Below, in pieces: positions 26,790-37,187 of a stretch of 64,000 nucleotides of DNA (the stretch's first letter is position 1; every line of letters starts with the position of its first letter). The notes below the pieces were generated by a model. It saw only the letters and a list, made by a program, of their open reading frames with translations, searched no databases and was not told the DNA's origin. Both the position numbers and the translations under genes were made by a program. Origin of the DNA: Gemmatimonadota bacterium (GTDB taxonomy: Bacteria; Gemmatimonadota; Gemmatimonadetes; Palauibacterales; Palauibacteraceae); assembly GCA_020351855.1 (NCBI GenBank), contig CP070670.1, forward strand, positions 1,170,294 to 1,234,293, in the 5' to 3' direction.

Positions 26790-27623
26790 ATGGCGTGGTT
26801 CAAGAAGCCAAAGCAGAAGCTCGTATCCCAGAAGCGTGAGCTGGCCGCCGACGTATGGGTCAAGTGTGACGACTGCGGCGAGATCCTGTACGAGCGTCGC
26901 CTGCGGGACAACGCCCACGTATGCCCGCAGTGTGGCCACCATTTCAGGATTCCTGCAGACGAGTACATCGCGGTGCTCCTGGATGACGGTTTCCTCGAGG
27001 AGTTCGACACGACACTCCGCTCCTCGGACCCGCTGGGCTTCGTCGACTCGAAGCCCTACACGGAGCGGATACGCGACGCGCTCAGCAAGATCGGGCCGGC
27101 CGATGCGATCCGGACGGGCAGAGGCCGGCTCGACGGCCGCGATGTGCACCTCGGTGCCATGGACTTCGGGTTCATCGGAGGGTCCATGGGGTCGGTGGTC
27201 GGCGAGAAGATCCGGCGCCTGGCGGACCGGGCAAGGGAGGCCCGGGATCCGCTGATCATCGTTTCGGCGTCGGGTGGGGCAAGGATGCAGGAGGGCATCT
27301 TCTCCCTGATGCAGATGGCGAAGACAGCCGCCGCGCTCGAGCGCCTCGCCGAAGAGCGGTTGCCATACATCAGCGTGCTCACGCACCCCACGACGGGTGG
27401 CGTAACCGCCAGCTACGCGATGCTGGGCGACGTGATCCTTTCTGAGCCGAGGGCACTGATAGGCTTCGCGGGTCCGAGGGTGATCAAGGAGACGATCCGC
27501 CAGGACCTGCCGGACGGGTTTCAGCGTGCCGAGTTCCTCCTCGCGCACGGGATGATCGATCGCATCGTTCCGAGGGTCGATCTTAAACCCGCCCTATCGA
27601 CGCTGCTGCACCACATGTGCTGA
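26790..27623 (+). CDS. accD: Acetyl-CoA carboxylase carboxyltransferase beta subunit
   Basis: N-terminal zinc ribbon CDDCGEILY...CPQCGHHFR and the carboxyltransferase motif GGSMGSVVGEK...SGGARMQEG. Confidence 0.95.
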   Translation: MAWFKKPKQKLVSQKRELAADVWVKCDDCGEILYERRLRDNAHVCPQCGHHFRIPADEYIAVLLDDGFLEEFDTTLRSSDPLGFVDSKPYTERIRDALSKIGPADAIRTGRGRLDGRDVHLGAMDFGFIGGSMGSVVGEKIRRLADRAREARDPLIIVSASGGARMQEGIFSLMQMAKTAAALERLAEERLPYISVLTHPTTGGVTASYAMLGDVILSEPRALIGFAGPRVIKETIRQDLPDGFQRAEFLLAHGMIDRIVPRVDLKPALSTLLHHMC

Positions 27624-28972
27624 GCCCCGGACGGCCAATGGCGGCTTCGATGAACGGAGCCCGCTCCGACCTCGATCGCCTGCTCGATCGCCCGGTCGCC
27701 CACATCCGCTGGGGCCTCGAGCGCATCGCTCGCATGCTCGAAGCGCTGGGCAACCCGCACCTCTCGTACGAGACCCTGCACGTCGGCGGCACGAACGGGA
27801 AGGGGTCGGTGTGCGCCGTTGCCGCCGGGCTGGCCGCAGAACAGCGCTTGGTGGGGCTGTATACCTCTCCCCATCTCTTCCGGTTCGCGGAGCGGATCCG
27901 GATCAACGGAGCGGAGGCCCCGGCGGACTTGCTGGAGCGCTGCGCCGGTCTCGTGGAGCCGTTGGCCAGCGAAGCGGGAGCGACCTACTTCGAGGCTGCC
28001 ACGGCCCTGGCGTTCCTCGCCTTCGCCGAAGCCGGGGTGGAGCTGGCGGTGGCGGAGGTAGGGTTGGGGGGGCGGCTGGATGCGACGAACATTCTCGAAC
28101 CGAAGGGGTGCGCGATCGTTACGATCGGCCTCGATCACTGTGAGTACCTCGGGCAGTCGCTGTCGGAGGTCGCATTCGAGAAGGCCGGAATCCTCAAGCG
28201 AGGCGTGCCGGCGGCGATCGGCGAGTTGCCGGCCGAGGCGCTGCCGGTCCTGGAGGAGCGGGCACGGGAGACCGGAGTACCCCTTGTCCGTCTCGGTCGG
28301 GAGGCCTGCTATGCCAACGTAAGGGTCGACCGAACGGGAACGGCCTTCCGGTACTGCTCCTCGACCTGGCCGGAGGGCACGGACTTCAAGGTGCCACTTC
28401 CGGGCCGCCATCAGGCCCACAACGCAGCCATCGCCCTCCTCCTGCTCGAGGTCACCCGAGAGATGCCGGATCCTCGACGGGTGCACGGGTTGCTCGAGAG
28501 CGTGCGCTGGCCGGGCCGGGTCGAGGCGATCCGCGCGTCGGGAGCGGAGTGGATCCTGGATGCGGCCCACAACCCGGCCGGCGCGGCGTCGCTGGCCATG
28601 ACGCTTCGTGACCTGGAGTCGCGCCGCCCGCGGGTTCTCGTGACCGCGATGCTGCGGCGCAAGGCCTGGCCGGCCATCCTCGATCTGCTATGCGAGGAGA
28701 CGGATGCTGTCGTGCTGACGACCGCGCCCTCGCACCCCGAGGGTGCCGCGTGGGATCCGGATGAGGCGAGAGCCTACCTTGAGCAGAGAAGATCGGGTCG
28801 GGAACGCGGGATTGCGGCACCTGTAGTCTGTAAGGACCTTGCCGCGGCGCTGGAGCGCGCCCGCGAACTCGCCGGGGAGGGGACGGTAGTAGTGGCCGGT
28901 TCGTGCTATCTGGTGGGCGATGCCCGCCTCGCTCTCGGGGTTTTCGAGGCCGCACCGCACTCAGGGGAGTGA
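27617..28972 (+). CDS. folC: Dihydrofolate synthase / folylpolyglutamate synthase
   Basis: P-loop HVGGTNGKGSV and Mur-ligase-family domains. The accD-folC adjacency is a conserved pair. Confidence 0.9.
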   Translation: MLSPGRPMAASMNGARSDLDRLLDRPVAHIRWGLERIARMLEALGNPHLSYETLHVGGTNGKGSVCAVAAGLAAEQRLVGLYTSPHLFRFAERIRINGAEAPADLLERCAGLVEPLASEAGATYFEAATALAFLAFAEAGVELAVAEVGLGGRLDATNILEPKGCAIVTIGLDHCEYLGQSLSEVAFEKAGILKRGVPAAIGELPAEALPVLEERARETGVPLVRLGREACYANVRVDRTGTAFRYCSSTWPEGTDFKVPLPGRHQAHNAAIALLLLEVTREMPDPRRVHGLLESVRWPGRVEAIRASGAEWILDAAHNPAGAASLAMTLRDLESRRPRVLVTAMLRRKAWPAILDLLCEETDAVVLTTAPSHPEGAAWDPDEARAYLEQRRSGRERGIAAPVVCKDLAAALERARELAGEGTVVVAGSCYLVGDARLALGVFEAAPHSGE

Positions 28973-29037
28973 GGACGGCAGCCGACGCCCCGGGCGCCGA
29001 TCACCGCAACAGACCAGGACGGAGGAGGAGCCAGACT

Positions 29038-29466
29038 ATGCTGTATGATCCCGTGCTCGTTCAGCCCATGCGTGAGGAGTTGACCCGCCTGGGCTTTCGC
29101 CAGCTGCTCGATGCCTCCCAGGTGGACGAGGCCCTCGGCCCCGATTCGGGTACGGTCCTCCTGGTTGTGAACTCCGTGTGCGGCTGCGCGGCGCGGAACG
29201 CTCGTCCGGCCGTGGCCCTCAGCGCGGGGCACTCCAACCAGCCGGACGACAAGGTGACGGTGTTCGCCGGCCAGGACACGGAGGCGACCGCTCATGCCAG
29301 GCGCTTCCTCACCGGCTACCGCCCGTCCTCCCCGTCGATCGCCCTGCTCCGGGACGGCGAGCCGGTGTTCATGCTCGAGCGGCATCAGATCGAGGGACGG
29401 AGTGCGGAGGCGATTGCCACGGACATCGGAGCTGCCTTCGACCGCTTTTGCACCGTGGACGCCTGA
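29038..29466 (+). CDS. brxA: Bacilliredoxin-like protein (YphP/YqiW, DUF1094; CGC redox motif)
   Basis: MLYDPVLVQPMREELTRLGFRQLLDASQVDEALGPDSGTVLLVVNSVCGCAARNARPA...VTVFAGQDTEATAHARRFLTGYRPSSPSIALLRDGEPVFMLERHQIEGRSAEAIATDIGAAFDRFC aligns nearly end-to-end with B. subtilis BrxA. A strong RBS (GGAGGAGGAG) precedes the ATG. Confidence 0.8.
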   Translation: MLYDPVLVQPMREELTRLGFRQLLDASQVDEALGPDSGTVLLVVNSVCGCAARNARPAVALSAGHSNQPDDKVTVFAGQDTEATAHARRFLTGYRPSSPSIALLRDGEPVFMLERHQIEGRSAEAIATDIGAAFDRFCTVDA

Positions 29467-29504
29467 CCGGCCGATCGGAGCCTCGTGACAGGATCGTCTC
29501 CCGT

Positions 29505-30824
29505 ATGAAGAGTTCGAGCCTTCCCGGCTTTCGGGATTTCTACCCGGAGGAGTTCCGCCTCAGGCAGCACATACTGTCCGGCTGGCGGGAGGTTGCGCGC
29601 CGATACGGCTTCATCGAATACGACGGCCCACCCCTCGAGCCACTCGAACTCTACACGGCCAAGTCGGGGGACGAGATCGTCGAGCAGCTGTACAGCTTCA
29701 CCGACAAGGGAGGGCGGGCCGTGGCGCTGCGGCCCGAGATGACGCCGACCCTCGCCCGCATGGTCGGAGGGCGCGCCCAGAGCCTGCCGAAACCGATCAA
29801 GTGGTTCTCGGTCCCTCAGCTGTTTCGCTACGAGCGGCCTCAGCGAGGGCGACTGCGTGAGCACTTCCAGCTCAACATGGATATCGTCGGTGAGACAGAC
29901 GTAGCCGCCGAGGCCGAGCTCGTGGCGGCGGCGGTGGACGTCCTCCGCCACTTCGGTCTGGACGAGACGGACTTCGTGGCCCGGGTCTCCGACCGGCGTC
30001 TGGTCTCCCTCCTCCTGCGCGAGGCGGGCGTGGAGGACGATCGCTTGCGCGAGGCGATCAGCGCCCTCGATCGCTCCGAGCGCCAGGGCGACGACTGGCT
30101 CGTCGACCGGCTGACGGCGCTCGGGCTCGGCGAGCGCGCCATCGAGCGGGTGCTCGGCATCCGGGAGCGCAGCCTGGCGGAGCTTGCACGGGAGTACGGC
30201 GGATCAGACGAGATCTCGGACGCGATCGGCCGGCTGCAGGATTTCTTCCGGTTGATGGACGCCCAGGGCTTAGCCGATTATGTGGCATTCGATCTGCGGC
30301 TGGTGCGGGGGCTCGCGTACTACACGGGCCTCGTGTTCGAGCTCTGGGAGCGGAGCGGTCGTCTGCGGGCGATCTGTGGAGGCGGACGGTACGACGGTCT
30401 GCTCGCAGCCCTGGGGGGGCCGGATCTTCCTGCCCTTGGCTTCGGCCTCGGCGATGTGGTTCTGGGGGAGCTGCTCAAGGAAAAGGGTCTCGTCCCCGAG
30501 GCATCCGAGAGAGTCGATGACTTCGTGATCTTCGTCACGGCGGAGCAGAGGCCGGCGGCGATCCGCCTGGCGCGGCAGCTGAGGGAGCGCGGTCGATCGG
30601 CAGCGTTCGACTACCGGGGCCGCACGGTCGGTCGCCAGTTTCGCGCGGCCGACCAGGTCGGTGCCTCTCGAGCCATCGTGATCGGTCCGGAGGAGGAGAG
30701 AGACGGCACGGTGTCGCTTCGCGACATGGAGACAGGGGCGGAAGGCCACGTGCCGCTGACGGACCTGCTGACCGAGGCGGCTCCGCCGGACGCCCATCCG
30801 GAGCCGCCACCGCAGGAAGCGTAG
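29505..30824 (+). CDS. hisS: Histidyl-tRNA synthetase
   Basis: Class II motifs in LPGFRDFYPEEFRLRQHI...RYERPQRGRLREHFQLNMDIVG...GGGRYDGL, plus a C-terminal anticodon-binding domain. Confidence 0.9.
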   Translation: MKSSSLPGFRDFYPEEFRLRQHILSGWREVARRYGFIEYDGPPLEPLELYTAKSGDEIVEQLYSFTDKGGRAVALRPEMTPTLARMVGGRAQSLPKPIKWFSVPQLFRYERPQRGRLREHFQLNMDIVGETDVAAEAELVAAAVDVLRHFGLDETDFVARVSDRRLVSLLLREAGVEDDRLREAISALDRSERQGDDWLVDRLTALGLGERAIERVLGIRERSLAELAREYGGSDEISDAIGRLQDFFRLMDAQGLADYVAFDLRLVRGLAYYTGLVFELWERSGRLRAICGGGRYDGLLAALGGPDLPALGFGLGDVVLGELLKEKGLVPEASERVDDFVIFVTAEQRPAAIRLARQLRERGRSAAFDYRGRTVGRQFRAADQVGASRAIVIGPEEERDGTVSLRDMETGAEGHVPLTDLLTEAAPPDAHPEPPPQEA

Positions 30825-30828
30825 CTGC

Positions 30829-32286
30829 ATGGCCACCGACCAACGTCTCACCCCGCAGTCAAAGGACTTCGCGGCCTGGTACACGGAGCTCGTGCAGCTG
30901 GCCGGGCTCGCTGACTACTCGCCCGTACGCGGCTGCATGGTTATCCGGCCCTACGGCTACGCGGTGTGGGAGCTCATGCAGGCGGCGCTGGACGACATGT
31001 TCAAGTCGACGGGGCACCAGAACGCCTACTTCCCGCTCTTCCTGCCCCAGTCGGCGCTCGATCGCGAGGCGGAGCACGTGGAGGGCTTCGCGCCACAGAC
31101 GGCAGTCGTGACCCGTGCGGGCGGAGAGACCCTGGAAGAGCCGCTGGTCGTGCGTCCGACCTCCGAGGCGATCATATGGCCGGTGGTGGCGAACTGGATC
31201 CAGTCCTATCGAGATCTTCCCATCCTCCTGAACCAGTGGGCGAACGTGGTGCGCTGGGAGCTCCGCACCCGTCCCTTCCTTCGGACGACCGAGTTTCTGT
31301 GGCAGGAGGGTCACACGGCCCACGCGACGGCCGAGGAGGCTCAGGAGGAGGCCCGACGCATGCTCGGCGTGTACCGTGAGTTCATGGAAGAGTGGATGGC
31401 CATGCCCGTCGTGACGGGCGAGAAGACTCCTTCCGAGCGCTTCGCCGGGGCCGAGCGCACCTTTTCCTGCGAAGCCCTGATGAGGGACAACAGGGCCCTG
31501 CAGGCCGGAACCAGTCACTATCTAGGCCAGAACTTCGCCCGCGCCTTCGAGGTGCAGTTCCAGACCGAAGCGGGGCGCCACGAGTACGTCTGGAGCACGT
31601 CCTGGGGCGTATCGACGCGGCTGATCGGCGGTCTGATCATGACGCACGGGGATGATGAGGGGCTCGTGCTCCCGCCACGCCTGGCGCCTCACCAGGTCGT
31701 CATTGTGCCGATCTGGAAGTCGGAGGAGCAGCGTCGAACGGTGCTGGACAAGGCGAGGGAGCTTCGGGCCGCCCTCTCCGGGCGCGTGCGGATCCACGTC
31801 GACGACCGGGAGAACATGACGCCAGGCGCCAAGTTCTTCGAATGGGAGCGCAAGGGCGTGCCCCTGCGCATCGAGATCGGTCCACGGGACGTGGCCGGCT
31901 CACAGGTGGTGCTGGTTCGGCGACTGAAGGGCGAAGCCGATCGCAAGCGACCGATAGACGAAGCGGAGGCCGTGGCTGTCCTACCCGAGCTGCTTACCGG
32001 GCTGCAGGCCGAGATGAGGGCGGCGGCAGCAGCGCGACGGGAGGAGAACTCTGTCCGGGCCGACTCCGATTTCGAGGGGTTCCGCTCGCGCATGGCCGGG
32101 CTCGGCGGGTTCGTCTATGCCGGTTGGTGCGGCCGCGAGGCCTGCGAGCAGAAGGTGAAGGACGAGACGAAGGCGACGATCCGGGTTATCCCCGATCAGG
32201 AGTTCCGCTCCCAGGAGCCGCCCGAGCGTTGCCTGTGCTGCGGTCGGGCACCGGCCGAAGAGGTGCTCTGGGCCAAGGCCTATTGA
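30829..32286 (+). CDS. proS: Prolyl-tRNA synthetase, archaeal/eukaryote-like type (no INS editing domain; C-terminal zinc-binding domain ending in Tyr)
   Basis: 485 aa, with [40 protein letters not shown] and a C-terminus ...[18 protein letters not shown]. Confidence 0.88.
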   Translation: MATDQRLTPQSKDFAAWYTELVQLAGLADYSPVRGCMVIRPYGYAVWELMQAALDDMFKSTGHQNAYFPLFLPQSALDREAEHVEGFAPQTAVVTRAGGETLEEPLVVRPTSEAIIWPVVANWIQSYRDLPILLNQWANVVRWELRTRPFLRTTEFLWQEGHTAHATAEEAQEEARRMLGVYREFMEEWMAMPVVTGEKTPSERFAGAERTFSCEALMRDNRALQAGTSHYLGQNFARAFEVQFQTEAGRHEYVWSTSWGVSTRLIGGLIMTHGDDEGLVLPPRLAPHQVVIVPIWKSEEQRRTVLDKARELRAALSGRVRIHVDDRENMTPGAKFFEWERKGVPLRIEIGPRDVAGSQVVLVRRLKGEADRKRPIDEAEAVAVLPELLTGLQAEMRAAAAARREENSVRADSDFEGFRSRMAGLGGFVYAGWCGREACEQKVKDETKATIRVIPDQEFRSQEPPERCLCCGRAPAEEVLWAKAY

Positions 32287-33827
32287 TGAGCGACCGCATT
32301 CTCATCCTCGACTATGGATCCCAGTACACGCAGCTGATCGCGCGGCGCATCAGGGAAGAGCGCGTGTACTGCGAGATCCACCCACCGGACCGATCGGTGG
32401 AATGGATCCGGGAGTGGCAGCCGGCGGGCGTTATCCTCTCGGGCGGACCGGCGAGCGTCTACGACGACGGTGTCCCGGACGCTCCTCCAGAGCTGCTGGA
32501 GCTCGATGTGCCGATCCTGGGCATCTGCTACGGAATGCAGCTGCTCGGCCAGCTGCAGGGCGCAGGGGTGGAGCGAGCCGGTCGGCGGGAGTACGGGCGG
32601 GCGGGGCTACAGATCGTGGTCCCGGACCGGCTGTTCGAAGGGTTCGAGCCCGGCGAGAAGACGACGGTATGGATGAGCCACGGGGATCATCTCGCCGCGC
32701 CCCCGAGGGGCTGTGAGGTTCTGGCCCGGACGGACAGCTGCCCCGTGGCGGCGTATCGGTCACTGCAGCTTCCGATCTACGGCGTCCAGTTCCACCCAGA
32801 GGTGGCACATACGGCACGCGGCGAGGAGATACTCGAGAACTTCGTTTTCGGCATTGCCGGCTGTGCCGGCGAGTGGACGCCGGGCTCGATTATCGAGTCG
32901 CAGGTCGAGAAGATCCGAGAGCAGGTCGGCGGGGACCGCGTGATCTGTGGTCTCTCGGGCGGGGTCGATTCCTCCGTGGCCGCGGCGCTCGTGCACCGAG
33001 CCATCGGTGCACAGCTCACCTGCATCTTCGTGGACAACGGTCTCCTGCGGAAGGGCGAACGCCAGTCCGTGGAGCGTGTGTTCGGCGAGCACTTCGGGAT
33101 GCGCCTGGAGGTCGTCGACGCGGCGAGCCTGTTTCTCCAGCGGCTCAGCGGGGTCTCGGATCCCGAGGAGAAGCGGGTCCGCATCGGGCACGCGTTCATC
33201 GACGCCTTCGAAGAGGCAGCGGGGAGGGTGGGCGGCGCGAGCTTCCTCGTTCAGGGGACCCTGTATCCAGACGTGATCGAGTCCACCTCGGTGCGGGGTC
33301 CGTCCGCCACGATCAAGTCCCACCACAACGTCGGAGGGCTGCGGCCCGACATGCCGTTTGCGCTCATCGAGCCCCTGCGCGAGCTGTTCAAGGACGAGGT
33401 CCGGCAGGTCGGCCGGGAGTTGGGACTTCCGGAGGAGATGGTGGGTCGCCATCCGTTCCCCGGTCCCGGCCTGGCCGTTCGGGTGATCGGCGAGGTGACG
33501 GAGAAGCGGCTCGCCGTCGTGCGGGAGGCCGACGCGATATACCTAGAGGAGATCCGGGCAGCGGGTCTGTACGACGACATCTGGCAGGCGTTTGCCGTCT
33601 TCCTGCCCGTCCGTTCGGTGGGCGTGATGGGAGATGCCCGCACGTACGAGAATGTGGTCGTCCTGCGGGCCGTGACGAGCCGCGATGGGATGACGGCGGA
33701 CTGGTTCCAGTTCCCGCACGATGTGCTCGGGCGGATTTCCAACCGCATCATCAACGAGGTTGAGGGCGTGAACCGCGTGGCCTATGACGTCTCGTCGAAG
33801 CCGCCGGCCACGATCGAATGGGAGTAG
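32286..33827 (+). CDS. guaA: GMP synthase (glutamine-hydrolysing)
   Basis: GATase domain ([20 protein letters not shown]...[11 protein letters not shown]), ATP-PPase P-loop SGGVDSSV, and C-terminal dimerisation domain ending ...TIEWE. The start overlaps the proS stop (TGATG). Confidence 0.95.
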   Translation: MSDRILILDYGSQYTQLIARRIREERVYCEIHPPDRSVEWIREWQPAGVILSGGPASVYDDGVPDAPPELLELDVPILGICYGMQLLGQLQGAGVERAGRREYGRAGLQIVVPDRLFEGFEPGEKTTVWMSHGDHLAAPPRGCEVLARTDSCPVAAYRSLQLPIYGVQFHPEVAHTARGEEILENFVFGIAGCAGEWTPGSIIESQVEKIREQVGGDRVICGLSGGVDSSVAAALVHRAIGAQLTCIFVDNGLLRKGERQSVERVFGEHFGMRLEVVDAASLFLQRLSGVSDPEEKRVRIGHAFIDAFEEAAGRVGGASFLVQGTLYPDVIESTSVRGPSATIKSHHNVGGLRPDMPFALIEPLRELFKDEVRQVGRELGLPEEMVGRHPFPGPGLAVRVIGEVTEKRLAVVREADAIYLEEIRAAGLYDDIWQAFAVFLPVRSVGVMGDARTYENVVVLRAVTSRDGMTADWFQFPHDVLGRISNRIINEVEGVNRVAYDVSSKPPATIEWE

Positions 33828-33857
33828 GGTCGCCGGCGAGCCGGCGGGAGGCCTCCA

Positions 33858-34616
33858 TTGGCTGAATTGCGGGAGATCGTCGAGTGGCTGGATGGGTTTC
33901 TGTCTCTCGACTCGATTCCCGACTATCCCGGCGCGTTCAACGGCCTTCAGGCCGAGAATCGGTCACCCGTCGATCGAGTGGCGGCGGCGACGGACGCCAC
34001 CCTGGAGACGATCGCGGGCGCCGCGCAGGCGGACGCGCAGCTGCTACTCGTGCATCACGGCCTGTTCTGGGGCGATCCGCTCCCCCTGACGGGCATCACG
34101 TACCGACGCGTCCGGGCACTGCTCGATGCCGATCTTGCCCTGTACAGCGCTCACCTCCCGCTGGACGTGCATCCCGACATAGGCAACGGCGTGCTGCTCG
34201 CCCGAGCACTGGATCTGGTCGTTGAAGGGCGCTTCGGCCGCTGGAGGGAGGACCTGGAGGTCGGCGTGTGGGCGACGGCCGATCTGTCCCTTGAGGCATT
34301 GGCGGAGCGTCTCGTCGCCGTCTGCGGCTCCGAGCCTCACGTCATCCCGGGCGGCCCGGGCCATGTGCGCCGCCTGGGTATCGTGACGGGTGGCGGCGCC
34401 TCGCTGATCAGCCAGGCACACGAACAGGGGCTCGACACCTTCGTGACGGGCGAGGGAGCGCACCACCACTACCACGAGGCCATGGAGCTCGGGTTGAACG
34501 TCATCTTCGCGGGACACTACGCGACGGAAACGCTGGGGGTCCGAGCGCTGGCGGAACACCTGGCAGGCGCGTTCGATCTGGAGTCGGTCTTCCTGGACCG
34601 CCCGACGGGTCTCTAA
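33858..34616 (+). CDS. Nif3-family dinuclear metal centre protein (YqfO/YbgI-like)
   Basis: LLLVHHGLFWG...GNGVLLARALDL...FVTGEGAHHHYHEA and the 252-aa length fit NIF3. The start is TTG in the ORF track. Confidence 0.82.
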   Translation: MAELREIVEWLDGFLSLDSIPDYPGAFNGLQAENRSPVDRVAAATDATLETIAGAAQADAQLLLVHHGLFWGDPLPLTGITYRRVRALLDADLALYSAHLPLDVHPDIGNGVLLARALDLVVEGRFGRWREDLEVGVWATADLSLEALAERLVAVCGSEPHVIPGGPGHVRRLGIVTGGGASLISQAHEQGLDTFVTGEGAHHHYHEAMELGLNVIFAGHYATETLGVRALAEHLAGAFDLESVFLDRPTGL

Positions 34617-34632
34617 GCCTAACTGTAAGCCT

Positions 34633-35556
34633 TCAGAAGGCCTCGAACTTCAAGCCCTTGAGGTAGCGGTCCGGCCGCTGCCGAATGTCCTTCGTCAGAA
34701 GGGCGATCTCCTCCGTTGCCGCCTGGATGTTCTCCATGGCGGCGGAGATCTTCACGTAGAGTCCCTCGTCGTTCACCAGAAGGCCGAGCGTGCCCTCTCC
34801 ATCGTCCATCTTCCGGGTGATCGACGCCAGGGAGTGGCTCGTCGAATCCAGGCCGGCGGACGCGCTTTCCAGCCGCGTGGTTATCGAGTCGATCCGCGCG
34901 ACTGTCGCAGCGAGATCCGTCGCCTCGGTCGCGCCCCGCAGCTGCGAGGACACGGCGTTCAGGTTGACGACGAGCTCCCCGATCGTGCTGCTCTGCTCCT
35001 CCATGAGGGTCCGCAGCTGGCTCATCGCGGCCGCGACGGCCGCCGACGTCGTCTGGACATCGGCGATCGTCTGATCGGAGATCAGGGCGGCTGCCCGGGC
35101 CAGCAGCTCATCGGCCTTGTCACCCAACTCGCCCGCGATCGTCGAGATCTCGGCTCCAACGGAGAGCGAGATCGAGTCGCCGCTGGCCAAGGCGGTAGCC
35201 GATTCCCCGGGCAGTAGCACGATCATCTGATTGCCCAGGAATCCCGCCGGACGGATGAGACCTCGCGTGTCGGCAGGAAGGGGCTCCGAGTAGCGGACAT
35301 CGAGTCCGAGCACGACATGGTGTTCGTAAAGCCTCACCTCCCGGACCGACCCGACATCCACGCCCCGTAGATAGACCCGCGCGCCATCGGTGATCTGTTG
35401 GGCATCCGCCGCGATGGCGTACAGCTGCAGGCCGGCGCCAAGCTCCTTGTCACTGATCCAGAACACGCCCCAGATCAGCATCGCGGCGGACAGGAGAACC
35501 AGGACGCCGACGCGCAGCTCGACGGCCCGGTTCGATCGAAGTCCGGGATCCCTCAT
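34633..35556 (-). CDS. mlaD: MlaD-like MCE-domain periplasmic component of a phospholipid ABC transporter
   Basis: N-terminal TM helix, an MCE domain (VYLRGVDVGSVREVRLYEHHVVLGLDV), and a long helical C-terminus. Last gene of the mlaE-mlaF-mlaD run. Confidence 0.8.
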   Translation of the reverse strand: MRDPGLRSNRAVELRVGVLVLLSAAMLIWGVFWISDKELGAGLQLYAIAADAQQITDGARVYLRGVDVGSVREVRLYEHHVVLGLDVRYSEPLPADTRGLIRPAGFLGNQMIVLLPGESATALASGDSISLSVGAEISTIAGELGDKADELLARAAALISDQTIADVQTTSAAVAAAMSQLRTLMEEQSSTIGELVVNLNAVSSQLRGATEATDLAATVARIDSITTRLESASAGLDSTSHSLASITRKMDDGEGTLGLLVNDEGLYVKISAAMENIQAATEEIALLTKDIRQRPDRYLKGLKFEAF

Positions 35557-36302
35557 ACGGCCCCCGCGTACGCCGCTGTCGGATCCAGGAAGCGCTGGAT
35601 TCGGGGGTCCGGCGAAGTCCGGAGCTCCTCCGGTGTCCCGATGGCCTGGACGATCCCATCCGACAGCACGGCGATCCGGTCGGCGAGAAAGAACGCTGAA
35701 TCCACGTCGTGGGTGACGATCACGCTGGTGCTCCCGATCTCGTGCTTGAGCCTAGCGATCAGCTCGTTGATGTTGGCGGCGTTGAGCGGGTCGAGACCCG
35801 TCGTTGGCTCGTCGTAGAGGATGTAGCGCTGCCGTCCGACGACGGCCCGCGCGAGGGCGACACGTTTCTGCATGCCTCCCGACAGCTCGGCGGGAAGAAG
35901 CCCGAGCACCTCGGGCCCCAGGTTCACATGCTCCAGAGCCTCACGCACGAGCTGTCGGCAGTCCACACCTGGTCGCTTGCAGTGGTCCTCGGGCAGACCG
36001 AGCAAGATGTTGCCCTCGACGGTGAGCGAATCGAAGAGAGCCGAGTTCTGGAACACGTAGCTGATGCACGAGCGGATCTGCTTGATCGTCCGTCCATCTG
36101 CCTGCGACACGGACATCCCGTCCACCAGAACGTCACCCTCATCGGGGTCGAAGAGTCCGACGATGTGCTTCAGAAGCACGCTCTTGCCCGTCCCGGAGGG
36201 TCCCATGACGACCACGGACTCGCCCTCGCGAACCACGAGGTCGACGCCATCCAGCACCTGCTTCCCGGCGAGGCGCTTCCTGAGGGATCGGATCTCGATC
36301 AT
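35553..36302 (-). CDS. mlaF: ABC transporter ATP-binding protein MlaF
   Basis: Walker A GPSGTGKSV, signature LSGGMQKRVALARA, and Walker B ILYDEPT. Confidence 0.9.
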   Translation of the reverse strand: MIEIRSLRKRLAGKQVLDGVDLVVREGESVVVMGPSGTGKSVLLKHIVGLFDPDEGDVLVDGMSVSQADGRTIKQIRSCISYVFQNSALFDSLTVEGNILLGLPEDHCKRPGVDCRQLVREALEHVNLGPEVLGLLPAELSGGMQKRVALARAVVGRQRYILYDEPTTGLDPLNAANINELIARLKHEIGSTSVIVTHDVDSAFFLADRIAVLSDGIVQAIGTPEELRTSPDPRIQRFLDPTAAYAGAV

Positions 36303-37168
36303 GCGACGGCGTTATACACCGGCGCGAGGATCACGTCCAGCACCATGATCGCGACGATGATCGCCACCACGGCCGTCGTCGCCGTGCGCCCGACGCCCGC
36401 TGCTCCACCCTCCGCCCGCAGACCGACGTAACTGGCAACGAAGGTGATCGTGAAGCCGAATATGGGTGCCTTGACCAGCGAGAAGATCAGCGCCGCGGCG
36501 TGATAGTAGCCCTGTGCTCCCTGCACGTACTCGGCCGTCGTCATGGGCAGGAGCGAGATGGCGGTCAACCAGCCGGCGAGTATGCCGACGAAGTTCGCGA
36601 TGATGACAAGGGGCAGCATCGCGATGATGCCGCCCACGACGCGCGGGGCGACGAGCTCGACCACCGGATCCCGGCCCAGCGTGACGAGCGCGTCGATCTG
36701 GTCGGTGACCTTCATCGTGCCGAGCTCGGCGCCGATCCCTGCACCGGTGCGCCCGGCCACCACGATTGCCGTCAGAACGGGCCCGAGTTCCGTCAGCATG
36801 CCTGCCACCACGCCGCTGCCGACCAGGGAGAGGGGCAGGGTGCTCGACAGCTGGTAGCCGGTCTGCTGGGCGAGCAGCGAACCGCTCAGGCCTCCGACGA
36901 CGATCACCAGTCCGACCCCGTCCACCCCAATACGCTTGGCCTGCACGAGGGCGGCCGGCCAGTACCGGCGTATCTGGGGCAGGGCGCCCGCTGTCGCGGC
37001 GAGCAGGATGCCGAAGTGTCCGGCGTGCTGTACCGTGTACAGCACCCGGCCGCCCACCCGCTCGATCCAGCCGACGAGCCTGGTGCCGGCCTGTACCTGC
37101 TCGCCCTCGGGCTCGCCTCCACCTTGGGGGGACGGGGAGCCGATGGAGAGATCGACGCGCGTGCTCAT
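36299..37168 (-). CDS. mlaE: ABC transporter permease MlaE
   Basis: MlaE/Ttg2B-type permease (QIDALVTLGRDPVVELVAPRVVGGIIAMLPL). Start chosen at MSTRVDLSIG; the ORF track extends upstream to 37315 through an Arg/Pro-rich stretch that looks non-native. Confidence 0.85.
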   Translation of the reverse strand: MSTRVDLSIGSPSPQGGGEPEGEQVQAGTRLVGWIERVGGRVLYTVQHAGHFGILLAATAGALPQIRRYWPAALVQAKRIGVDGVGLVIVVGGLSGSLLAQQTGYQLSSTLPLSLVGSGVVAGMLTELGPVLTAIVVAGRTGAGIGAELGTMKVTDQIDALVTLGRDPVVELVAPRVVGGIIAMLPLVIIANFVGILAGWLTAISLLPMTTAEYVQGAQGYYHAAALIFSLVKAPIFGFTITFVASYVGLRAEGGAAGVGRTATTAVVAIIVAIMVLDVILAPVYNAVA

Positions 37169-37187
37169 CGGCGGCCTGAATCCATCG

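Noticed and set aside
29467-29504. T-box or riboswitch leaders upstream of hisS, proS, valS, ribF, purN and guaA.
   Set aside because: The intergenic spaces are 0-40 nt, or the genes overlap. There is no room for a roughly 200-nt T-box or an FMN or purine riboswitch.
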